64,000 nucleotides of DNA from positions 1,920,001-1,984,000 of the forward strand of contig OZ244188.1 in NCBI GenBank assembly GCA_965216635.1, written 5' to 3'. The notes under the pieces were generated by a model, which had not been told where the DNA came from, searched no databases, and saw only the letters and a program-made list of their open reading frames with translations. The DNA is from a bacterium. Lineage in GTDB: Bacteria > SAR324 > XYD2-FULL-50-16 > G965216635. Numbering within the stretch: the stretch's first letter is position 1; every line of letters starts with the position of its first letter. Positions 40,573 through 50,319 of the stretch are shown one piece after another. Both the position numbers and the translations under genes were made by a program.

Positions 40573-43137
40573 TTAGAAAAGTTCTATGAACGACTTTAAA
40601 GTTTTACTGCTAAACTGCTCTTTGTTTTTTTGCTGAAATTCAGCAGGACTAGAAAGCAACAAATCTTTGTTTTTTTGCAAAAAACTTCTATCCACTACCT
40701 GATTGCCATAAGCTTCTACAAGACGCACAAGCTCTACTTCTTTGCTTTTTGATGTCGTTGGATTTTTGAATTGTAAAATTAACGTCTTAATAAATGATAA
40801 ATTTTTGAGTTTAAAGTCTTTTGCAAAGACTGGTAATATATCGGATCGTTCAACTAAAACAAAGTCCTTCGGATGTAGCTGTTCGGCTTTATAGACAATG
40901 TACGCTAAAATAAGATCTTGAATTTTTTTGTTATTTAAACCCTGTTTTTTACTCATTGCATAAAGCACGAGTGAACGTGATAAAATGTCATCAAATCTAC
41001 CATCGCAATGCTCGTAATAATTGATACTTACGGGAATCTTTTTTGTAATTTTGGCAACCTCTTTTATACTTATATAACCTAAAACAGATTCGTTGACTGC
41101 CTTATAGATATAGGCTGGAATCTCTTTTTGGTATTGCTTGATGCCTAGATTAGCTCCAAATTTCTCAAAGAAATACTTACGACCCAATATTTTATATCTC
41201 TCTCTTTCTCCTAACCCTTTGAAAGCAATCGATTCTAGCTGTTCTAGATTAAAAAATTCTTGAATTATATTTGCTGTGTTCTTGCCAATATGAATTTCTC
41301 TAGCAGCACCATTGGCTTCTAGCCTAGCAGCATAAATTAAAGCTCCCCCTTGTCCTGTATAATCAGAACCCGTCAATCCTCCCATCATTACCATTCTTAA
41401 TTGGTCAATATCATCATCGGTATCTAGTAAAGATGTATTAATACCTGTTCTTGTTTCAAATTTGATATTATTTACTTCTTCTTTTTTTTCTCCAAGATTT
41501 TTTAATTTTTTTACAATATCTGCCTCATATTTTTGGACATATTCTGCGAGTTCTTTACTCATAGATATAAGCAGTTTGTTGATCTCTAGCGCTGCAGCAA
41601 CAGCGTCAAAAGCATGATGTTTGCTGGTGACAAAGGCATCTTTGGTTACTCCAAAACAGGCTACAGTTTGATCCCCTATTGTCTTATCTCTAAAACCTCT
41701 ATACATAGCCAAAATTTTATGACTCTCTTGGTAGTATTGATTGATAAAATTTCCTACAAATTTTTCGGAAAGCAGTATATTCATACGAGTATACCCGCAT
41801 ATATCATTGATAAACTCTGTCGCACTTATTAGCCCTAATTCGTGTTTTCCAGTAGATATTAATTGAGATACACCGGGGTTTAGCAAATCTAAAGTTTGTT
41901 CTAATTGATCGTTTTTGGTTACTAGCTCTGCTGTTCTTTGAGAGACTTTGTCTTCTAGTTGGGTATAGCTTTCTTTTAAATCTCCTGCCATACGGTTAAA
42001 AGCTATAGATAGTTCTCCTATTTCGTCTTTATTTTTTATTTCTATTTTGTGGTTATAATCGCCACTAGCAAGGACTTTTGTGCCGTAGTGTAATTCGTGA
42101 ATGGGGAGAAGAATATTATTAGATAAAATGCGTCGTATTTTTAAAGCAAGCCATAAACCTCCAAGACCTATGCCAAAAAAAGCTAGAAACCCATAGATAA
42201 ATGTTAATTGAAAATCTCGCGCAGAAGCACTAACACCTAATGCGCCAATCGTATCACCTTGAACGTTTTTCAGAGGTTGGTATCCTAAAATGGATCCTTT
42301 TAGAATGTTAGCCCTACTATACCTGTTTCCTTGATTCAAAGTATCCTTGATTTCTGCAGATAAGATAGTCTCTGTAGTTTCAGAACTACTAATAGCTAAA
42401 TTATTTTTTTGGTAGATAGATACTGGTTCTCCTACTTTTTCAGATAATTCTTGAATAAAACCTGAATAAGTATCCAAAACTTTAGTAATTACTAGAACTC
42501 CTACAACTTTTCTTGTTTTATGGTTGTAAATAGGAGCGGAAGCTCTAATACTAATAGCATTTTTCTTCCTGATATTTCCTCTTTGAATATCTTCTTGCTC
42601 TATCACAATTCCTTCGCGGGCTAAAAAAGATAAAGCCATTACTTCTGTTCCCGAGATTTTTCCTTTTCCTTCTATAATTGAAGAAAAATAAACATTTTTT
42701 TCTAATTGATCTTTATAAGTTAAAAAATCTGGTTTGTGGACTCTAGCAATTATGTGAGAATTTTTGTTCAAAATGTGAAGCATATCAAATTCCAAAAAAG
42801 AAAAATATAGCTTCTCCAAAACTTTTAATAAGGCTCTCTCGGTTTGATTTATAGATAATAGCAATCCTAGTTCTTGATCATTAGCAAAGCTGGAAACATT
42901 TTGTTCGTACTCAAGAACTTCGTTTTGGTAAAGAATACGAACTAGATTTAAATCAGAATCATTTTTATTGTTAGCATCTTGTTGGATTTTATTGCCGAAG
43001 AATAGTAATGCATAAACAACAGAAGTAAATAGCGGTATAGACAAAGCTGCAATTAAAGCAATATTGAGCTTTTTTTTTATACTTGCATTTCTGTAAGCGT
43101 CAAAAATAGTTTCAAGAAATGTGATTTTTATTCGCAT
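40573..43137 (-). CDS. Membrane sensor - HAMP - class III nucleotidyl cyclase, paralog A
   Basis: TM-periplasmic-TM, HAMP DEIGELS.AFN.M, cyclase INDICGYT / DKTIGD / RTGIN / DYT / AARLE. Confidence 0.85.
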   Translation of the reverse strand: MRIKITFLETIFDAYRNASIKKKLNIALIAALSIPLFTSVVYALLFFGNKIQQDANNKNDSDLNLVRILYQNEVLEYEQNVSSFANDQELGLLLSINQTERALLKVLEKLYFSFLEFDMLHILNKNSHIIARVHKPDFLTYKDQLEKNVYFSSIIEGKGKISGTEVMALSFLAREGIVIEQEDIQRGNIRKKNAISIRASAPIYNHKTRKVVGVLVITKVLDTYSGFIQELSEKVGEPVSIYQKNNLAISSSETTETILSAEIKDTLNQGNRYSRANILKGSILGYQPLKNVQGDTIGALGVSASARDFQLTFIYGFLAFFGIGLGGLWLALKIRRILSNNILLPIHELHYGTKVLASGDYNHKIEIKNKDEIGELSIAFNRMAGDLKESYTQLEDKVSQRTAELVTKNDQLEQTLDLLNPGVSQLISTGKHELGLISATEFINDICGYTRMNILLSEKFVGNFINQYYQESHKILAMYRGFRDKTIGDQTVACFGVTKDAFVTSKHHAFDAVAAALEINKLLISMSKELAEYVQKYEADIVKKLKNLGEKKEEVNNIKFETRTGINTSLLDTDDDIDQLRMVMMGGLTGSDYTGQGGALIYAARLEANGAAREIHIGKNTANIIQEFFNLEQLESIAFKGLGERERYKILGRKYFFEKFGANLGIKQYQKEIPAYIYKAVNESVLGYISIKEVAKITKKIPVSINYYEHCDGRFDDILSRSLVLYAMSKKQGLNNKKIQDLILAYIVYKAEQLHPKDFVLVERSDILPVFAKDFKLKNLSFIKTLILQFKNPTTSKSKEVELVRLVEAYGNQVVDRSFLQKNKDLLLSSPAEFQQKNKEQFSSKTLKSFIELF

Positions 43138-43172
43138 GTTTTTATAACCAAAAAAAAAGTAACTAGACTTTA

Positions 43173-43459
43173 TAGACCTTTGAATTTACCAAATAGAACA
43201 AAACTAGCTGTGACGACTAGCCAAATAGTTAGAACAGGTACAAAAAAAAATTTTAGCTCGCAGAAATACTTAAGAGCATTTCTTCACAAATGGCAAGAGT
43301 TAAAAATTTTTTTTAATGCCGTAGTAAAAAATACTACAAACCTTAACATTCAGCAAGAATGAACTGTGAAACAGCCCTTTGGCTGTTTCACAAATGCCCA
43401 TAAAAAGCGTCAAGCAATAAGCTTGTTTTGGCTAAACAGAACACTAATTCAAAGGTCTC
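43173..43459. mobile_element. MITE-like palindromic element
   Basis: TAGACCTTTGAATT...AATTCAAAGGTCT; right half nearly the same as the 23.1 kb copy. Confidence 0.85.
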
Positions 43460-43465
43460 ATAATA

Positions 43466-46027
43466 TTAAAAAAGCGAAACAAGATTTTCTATGTACTTTT
43501 CGTTAAACTGCTCTTTGTTTTTTTGCTGAAATTCAGCAGGACCAGAAAGCAACAAATTTTTGTTTTTTTGTAGAAAAGTTCTATCCATTAACTGATTGCC
43601 GTAAGCCTCTACAAGATACACAAGTTCTATTTCAGTGTTTTTGAATGTTACTTGACTGTTGAATTGCTCTATAAGTTTTTTAGTAGGTTCTAAATCATTG
43701 AAATTAAAGTCTTCTGCAAAAACAGACAATAAATTTCTGCGTTCAGTAAAAACAAAGTCCTTCTGTTGCAACCTATCTGCTTTATGAACAATGTAGGCTA
43801 AAACAAGATTTTGGATTTGCCCTTCGTTCAGTCCAAGTTTTTTGCTTATCGCATAAAGCACTATGGCGCGTGATAAAATGTCATCGCATTTACCATTACA
43901 ATGCTCGTAGTAATTGATATTTACAGGAATTTTATCCTTAATTCTGGAAACCTCTTTAATGTTTATATAACCTAAAACAGATTCGTTGACTGCCTTATAG
44001 ATATAGGATGGAATCTCTTTTTGGTATTGCTTGATGCCTAGATTAGCTCCAAATTTCTCAAAGAAATATTTTTTATTCACTATTTTATATCTCTCTTTTT
44101 CTCCTAAACCTTTAAGATAAATCGAGTCTAATTGCTCTACATTAAAAAATCCTTGAATAATATCTGCTGTATTTTTACCAACATGAATTTCTCTAGCAGA
44201 GCCACTGGCTTCTAGCCTAGCAGCATAAATTAAAGCTCCCCCCTGCCCTGTATAATCAGAACCTGTCAATCCTCCCATCATTACCATTCTTAATTGGTTA
44301 ATATCATAATCGGTATCTAATAAAGATGTATTGATTCCTGTTCTAGTTTCAAAACTAATATTTTCTATTTCTTCTTCTCTACCTCCTAAACTTTTCAATT
44401 TTTTTAAAACATCTCCCTTGTTATTTTGAACATATCTTGTAAGGTCTTCGCTCATAGTCACAAGCAATTTGTTGATCTCTAGTGCTGAATAGACGGCATC
44501 AAATGCGTGATGCTCGCTAGCAGAAAAAGCATCCTTGGTTACTCCAAAACAGGCTACGGTTTGATCCCCTACTGTCTTATCTCTAAAACCCCTATACATA
44601 GCCAAAATTTTATGACTTTCTTGGTAGTATTGATTGATAAAATTTCCTACAAATTCTTCGGAAAGCAGTATATTCATACGAGTATACCCGCATATATCAT
44701 TGATAAACTCTGTCGCACTTATTAGCCCTAATTCGTGTTTTCCAGTAGATATTAATTGAGATACACCGGGGTTTAGCAAATCTAAAGTTTGTTCTAATTG
44801 ATCGTTTTTGGTTACTAGCTCTGCTGTTCTTTGAGCTACTTTGTCTTCCAATTGATGATTGTATTCTTCCAGCTTTGTATAGCTTTCTTTTAAATCTCCT
44901 GCCATACGGTTAAAAGCTGTAGATAATTCTCCTATTTCGTCTTTATTTTTCACTTCTATTTTGTAGTTATAATCGCCACTAGCAAGGACTTTTGTGCCGC
45001 GGTGTAATTCGTGAATGGGAAGCAGGATATTATTAGCTAAAACACGTCGTATTCTTAAAGCAAGCCAAAAACCCCCAATACCTATACCAAGAAAAGCCAG
45101 AAACCCATAGATAAATGTTAATTGAAAATCTCGCGCAGAAGCACTAACACCTAAGGCACCAATCGCTTCACCTTGTGCGTTTTTCAGAGGTTGAAATCCT
45201 AAAATAGATCCTTGCAAAATATTGGACTGGTTGTATCTATTGCCTTGAGAAATGGTATTTTCAATACTAGCTTTCAAAGAATTTTCTGCCTTTTTAGAAC
45301 TACTAATAGCTAAGATATTTCCTTGATAAACGGAGATAGTCTCTCCTACCTGTTCTGATAATTCTTGTACAAATTCGGGGTAATTATTGAGAATTTTGCT
45401 AATAATTAAAACGCCAACCACTTCGTTGGTAATTCGGTTGTAAAGCGGAGCTGATGCTCTAATACTAATGTTGTAATTGTCCTCAATAGCAAAACCTTCA
45501 TTTTCTAAAAAAGTTTTTTTAAATATTTCTGTTCCTGATACTATATTTTCTTCCAAAGCCGAAGTGATATAGACATTTTCTTCTAAAACATCTCCTAAAA
45601 ACAAGGGTCTATGAATCCTACTAACAACTCTAGAGTGACTATCTAAAATGTGAACCATATCATAATCTACATTCGCCAACTTATCTGTCAAATCTGCGGT
45701 GATTTGATTGGTTAGATTTAAAGATAAGAGCAAACCCAGTGCTTTATCGTTAGAAAAATTAGTAACAATTTGCTCGTATTCAAAAACTTTATTTTTATAA
45801 AGTAACTGAGCAAGACTCAAATCGGAATTATTTTTATTACTAGCCTCTTCCTGAATTTTATTGCCGAAAAAAATCACTGCATACACAAAAGAAATCACTA
45901 ATGGGATGAGCAGTGCGGTAATTAAAGCAATATTGAGCTTCTTTCTAATATTGGCATCTTTGTAACGGTTAGAAATAGTAATGAGCAATCCCGTTGACTT
46001 TTTGGGGATTTTTATTTGATTCTCCAT
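43466..46027 (-). CDS. Membrane sensor - HAMP - class III nucleotidyl cyclase, paralog B
   Basis: Same architecture and motifs as 40573-43137. Confidence 0.85.
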   Translation of the reverse strand: MENQIKIPKKSTGLLITISNRYKDANIRKKLNIALITALLIPLVISFVYAVIFFGNKIQEEASNKNNSDLSLAQLLYKNKVFEYEQIVTNFSNDKALGLLLSLNLTNQITADLTDKLANVDYDMVHILDSHSRVVSRIHRPLFLGDVLEENVYITSALEENIVSGTEIFKKTFLENEGFAIEDNYNISIRASAPLYNRITNEVVGVLIISKILNNYPEFVQELSEQVGETISVYQGNILAISSSKKAENSLKASIENTISQGNRYNQSNILQGSILGFQPLKNAQGEAIGALGVSASARDFQLTFIYGFLAFLGIGIGGFWLALRIRRVLANNILLPIHELHRGTKVLASGDYNYKIEVKNKDEIGELSTAFNRMAGDLKESYTKLEEYNHQLEDKVAQRTAELVTKNDQLEQTLDLLNPGVSQLISTGKHELGLISATEFINDICGYTRMNILLSEEFVGNFINQYYQESHKILAMYRGFRDKTVGDQTVACFGVTKDAFSASEHHAFDAVYSALEINKLLVTMSEDLTRYVQNNKGDVLKKLKSLGGREEEIENISFETRTGINTSLLDTDYDINQLRMVMMGGLTGSDYTGQGGALIYAARLEASGSAREIHVGKNTADIIQGFFNVEQLDSIYLKGLGEKERYKIVNKKYFFEKFGANLGIKQYQKEIPSYIYKAVNESVLGYINIKEVSRIKDKIPVNINYYEHCNGKCDDILSRAIVLYAISKKLGLNEGQIQNLVLAYIVHKADRLQQKDFVFTERRNLLSVFAEDFNFNDLEPTKKLIEQFNSQVTFKNTEIELVYLVEAYGNQLMDRTFLQKNKNLLLSGPAEFQQKNKEQFNEKYIENLVSLF

Positions 46028-46045
46028 GATTTTTTATAGTTAAAG

Positions 46046-46214
46046 TAGACCTTTGAATTTGCCAAATAGGACAAAACTAGCTGTAACAGCTAACCAAATG
46101 GTTAGAACAGGTGCAAAAATTTGTAAAACAGCGAAGCATACACGTTAGTATGTGGGCATTTTTTACAAATTTTCAACGCTGCATAGGCTAACAGAATTCA
46201 AATTCAAAAGTTTA
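46046..46214. mobile_element. MITE-like palindromic element overlapping the oadG-like 3' end
   Basis: TAGACCTTTGAATT...AATTCAAAAGTTTA. Confidence 0.8.
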
Positions 46215-46447
46215 TTAAGTTTAGAGTTACGACGAAAAAAATGTATAGCAGTTGAAATAGCAGCTACAGGTAAAGCACGACTAGTGTTTTTTCTAGGTAT
46301 AGCCTGATCTTTCTGCATCTTTTCTTCTAAAAGAGCATGTCTTTTAAAAATACTTGAAAATACTTTAATCACTACCCACATTAAAACTAGAAACAAAAAA
46401 ACAAAAAACATACCCAAAAGCATCAATTTTAACCCGCTTATTATCAT
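46163..46447 (-). CDS. OadG-family (Na+-decarboxylase gamma subunit-like) protein
   Basis: GLKLMLLGMFFVFLFL.L and VAAISTAIH motifs. Confidence 0.8.
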   Translation of the reverse strand: MIISGLKLMLLGMFFVFLFLVLMWVVIKVFSSIFKRHALLEEKMQKDQAIPRKNTSRALPVAAISTAIHFFRRNSKLNKLLNLNSVSLCSVENL

Positions 46448-46522
46448 AATTCGTACTTTTTAAGAACATTCTAGCAATTTTTTAAAAAAAGTAAAGTTTT
46501 TTTTTCAATATTTACGCTAATA

Positions 46523-47104
46523 TTAATACCAATTTTCTAAAATTTCAATCACTATATGAATAATTTTAATATGCATTTCTTGGATTCTAGCGCTTTCTGT
46601 TGACGGAATAATAATACAATTGTCGCTCAAATTTTTTAATTTCCCTCCGTCTCTACCCAATAAGCAAAATGTTTCCATTTTTTTCTTTTTGGCTACTTGA
46701 ACCGCTTGAATGATATTTTCGGAATTTCCAGAAGTGGAAAGTCCTAACAGGATATCTCCTTTCTGTCCTAATCCTTCAATATACCTAGAAAAAATATATT
46801 CAAATCCGTAGTCATTGCCTACACAAGTTATATGAGAAGCATCTGAAATGCTTAAAGCCGGCAGCGGGTTTCTTTTTTTTTTAAACCGCCCTGTTAATTC
46901 TTCCGCGAAATGCATTGCATCGCACATACTACCCCCATTGCCACAAGAAATAACTTTTCCACCTTTTTTTATAGTTTTATGAATTTTTTCTGCAAAAAGC
47001 TCTACTTTAGAAAGATTGCTTTTATTTTCTAAAAAATTGTCTACAATAGATTGAGTTTGGCGAAATAAAGCATTGATTTCTTCGCTATTCTTTTTTTTAG
47101 GCAT
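46523..47104 (-). CDS. gmhA: D-sedoheptulose-7-phosphate isomerase
   Basis: CGNGGSMCDAMHFAEEL, GNDYG, STSGNS and RIQEMH. Confidence 0.97.
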   Translation of the reverse strand: MPKKKNSEEINALFRQTQSIVDNFLENKSNLSKVELFAEKIHKTIKKGGKVISCGNGGSMCDAMHFAEELTGRFKKKRNPLPALSISDASHITCVGNDYGFEYIFSRYIEGLGQKGDILLGLSTSGNSENIIQAVQVAKKKKMETFCLLGRDGGKLKNLSDNCIIIPSTESARIQEMHIKIIHIVIEILENWY

Positions 47105-47178
47105 AGTAACTTGGATAGAGACCTTTGGATTTACTAAGGTCTATTGGATATATTTGCCAATCTAATTTATTCTACTAA

Positions 47179-48165
<987 letters not shown>

Positions 48166-48186
48166 TTTCTTCTTTGAAGTATATTG

Positions 48187-48245
48187 TAGAACTTTGAATT
48201 TCGCTGATGCTTACCACACTATTGGGGCTAGCCAAATGGTTAGAA
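48187..48245. mobile_element. Truncated left half of the MITE-like element
   Basis: tagaactttgaatttcgctgatgcttaccacactattggggctagccaaatggttagaa matches the start of the 14524 copy. Confidence 0.75.
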
Positions 48246-48317
48246 AAAATGATTTTTCTGTATATAATATAAAAAATAAGCAGAAAAAATAATAAACTGC
48301 AAAAAAACTTGCCAAGC

Positions 48318-48345
48318 TTGACAAAAAGATTTTTCTGTATATAAT
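48318..48345 (+). promoter_or_regulatory. Consensus sigma70-type promoter upstream of P3
   Basis: TTGACA-N16-TATAAT. Confidence 0.55.
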
Positions 48346-48472
48346 TATAAAAAATAAGCAGAAAAAATAAAAAACTGCCAATAGCCAAAAAAATATATTG
48401 ACAAAATTGTTTTTTTCTGCAATCCTTTATGAAGTTTTGTTATTTAACCTAAATTTAATTATTTACACTATT

Positions 48473-49918
48473 ATGAAAAACACAAATTCCCAAGTTTTAA
48501 AGAAAACTTTCGCTTTTTCGCTGGTCCGTTTTACTCTGGCTCGTTTTACTCTGGTTCGTTTCGTTTTGGCGGCTATTCTTGTTCCCGCCCTTCTTATAGG
48601 GAGTGCCTTTACTTTTGGAGGCAGCAAGCTGCAAGCCCAAGCGAATGGTAGTAGCAAGCAGGGATTTTTCGCTGGTTTTGTCTATCTAAGTGGTTTTAAA
48701 GTGGATACCACAACACTTGTCACCACAAATAGCACAACCTATACTGACGCTATTACTACAGGCTATAGAATTACTGGCTCTTCAGACGCAACTTCTATAG
48801 TCGTAACCGGTGGGAATCCTTATTGGGATGGAGGTACTCCAGCAGCACCAATAGTAGGACCAACAGCAACTGGACTCAGAGCTTTAGTAAAAGCAAATTG
48901 TGAAAATCCTAGGACAACAAGTGTTGATTCAACTGGAAATTATTATTTTGGTAGAGCATTCTTCGATTCCTTCGATTCTGGTGCAAAACCATCTACAACT
49001 GATATTAATAATCCTTTGAATGATGCTACTGTAACTTTCGGAGACTCTACTATTCCTAGTAAAAACTTTCGTACAGGATTGGACGCTGGAGAAATATCCC
49101 ATTGTTTTCGCTACTTTTTCGGAGATGATTCCGACGATAGGAACTCTATTACTCTTTCTGCTTATGAGATAGCGACTCCAGATTCAATTCCAACTCCAAC
49201 TTCTGTACCTGCGGATCCAACAGCAATCACTAGTAGCAAGAGCGATAAAATCTCAGGTATTGGTCTGCAATTCGGCTTTAGGTGGGAAAAATGGAGAGCC
49301 TCTCTGACCCATTTTACTGGCTCTGGGGGAGATAACGAGCTCGCCAATACGCTAGTTATGGCGGATTATTTTGTCAACAAGGGTCTTTTTGTAGGAGGCG
49401 GTCTAGCGAGTATGAAGCTTACCAATAGTTTAACCAGCGGCTCTGCCACAAGCCCAGCGGTCCGAATCGGCTATAAGCAGAAATTAACCCCCAACCTATC
49501 GCTTAATTTTGGCTTGACGAAGTATATCTCGGGGGTTTCTCTAAAAAGTAGTGTCACTACTACTAATAATACTACTACTGCTAATGCTAATACCATTGTG
49601 TTACGCTCTTTTGAAGAAACACAGACTTCTGAACCAGGAGATTCAGCAACAATTGGTGCAAGAAATGTGAGAATACCCGGCACTACTTGTTGCACAGCAG
49701 GTGGTGAACACAGACAAAATAATTCTGCTTTTGAATACTTATCTTCGAATCAAGATAACAGAATACAAGCAACCCAAGTCCGTAGCAGAACTGTATATAT
49801 AAACAAAATCCAGATTCCAGCAGGAGCCTCAGAAACTCAGACAACCACAACCACCGAAACCGCTGCCGAACTCAAAGCACCACTCGTCATCAGCATCTCC
49901 TTCCACTTGAGTTTTTAA
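48473..49918 (+). CDS. Variable outer-membrane beta-barrel protein, paralog P3
   Basis: Same architecture as P1 and P2. Start placed at ATG 48473 (MKNTNSQ). Confidence 0.8.
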   Translation: MKNTNSQVLKKTFAFSLVRFTLARFTLVRFVLAAILVPALLIGSAFTFGGSKLQAQANGSSKQGFFAGFVYLSGFKVDTTTLVTTNSTTYTDAITTGYRITGSSDATSIVVTGGNPYWDGGTPAAPIVGPTATGLRALVKANCENPRTTSVDSTGNYYFGRAFFDSFDSGAKPSTTDINNPLNDATVTFGDSTIPSKNFRTGLDAGEISHCFRYFFGDDSDDRNSITLSAYEIATPDSIPTPTSVPADPTAITSSKSDKISGIGLQFGFRWEKWRASLTHFTGSGGDNELANTLVMADYFVNKGLFVGGGLASMKLTNSLTSGSATSPAVRIGYKQKLTPNLSLNFGLTKYISGVSLKSSVTTTNNTTTANANTIVLRSFEETQTSEPGDSATIGARNVRIPGTTCCTAGGEHRQNNSAFEYLSSNQDNRIQATQVRSRTVYINKIQIPAGASETQTTTTTETAAELKAPLVISISFHLSF

Positions 49919-49945
49919 GAAAAAAAAACTGCAGGAAACATTTTT

Positions 49946-50124
49946 GTAGAGACGCCCTACAGGACGTCTTATACGATGTGCATAAACCACAAAAAGCTGT
50001 TTTTAATAAATCTAAATTTATGAGACGCCCATATAGGACGTCTTATACGATGTGCATAAACCACAAAAAGCTGTTTTTAATAAACGTTCTAAATTTATGA
50101 AACGCCCATATAGGACGTCTCTAC
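49946..50124. repeat. GTAG-type REP/REPIN array, 3 hairpins
   Basis: Reverse complement of the 77-bp unit, directly 3' of the P3 stop; first linker has a small deletion. Confidence 0.9.
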
Positions 50125-50319
50125 AGACCTACATAAAATAAAAAACACCTCCCCGCAACGCATTTGTTTTTTTTATTTGCTTTTAAAGTGTTTTTTTGTA
50201 ATTATTTTATAAAAATAAGCAGAAAAAATAAAAAGATGCCATTTGCCAATAGAATATTGACAAAATTGTTTTTTTATGTTAATTTTTATTTTAATACTAA
50301 TCTTTCATTACAAATAATT

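Noticed and set aside
43180..43362. 60-aa ORF as a possible transposase remnant
   Set aside because: Lies wholly inside a MITE copy and has no transposase motifs.
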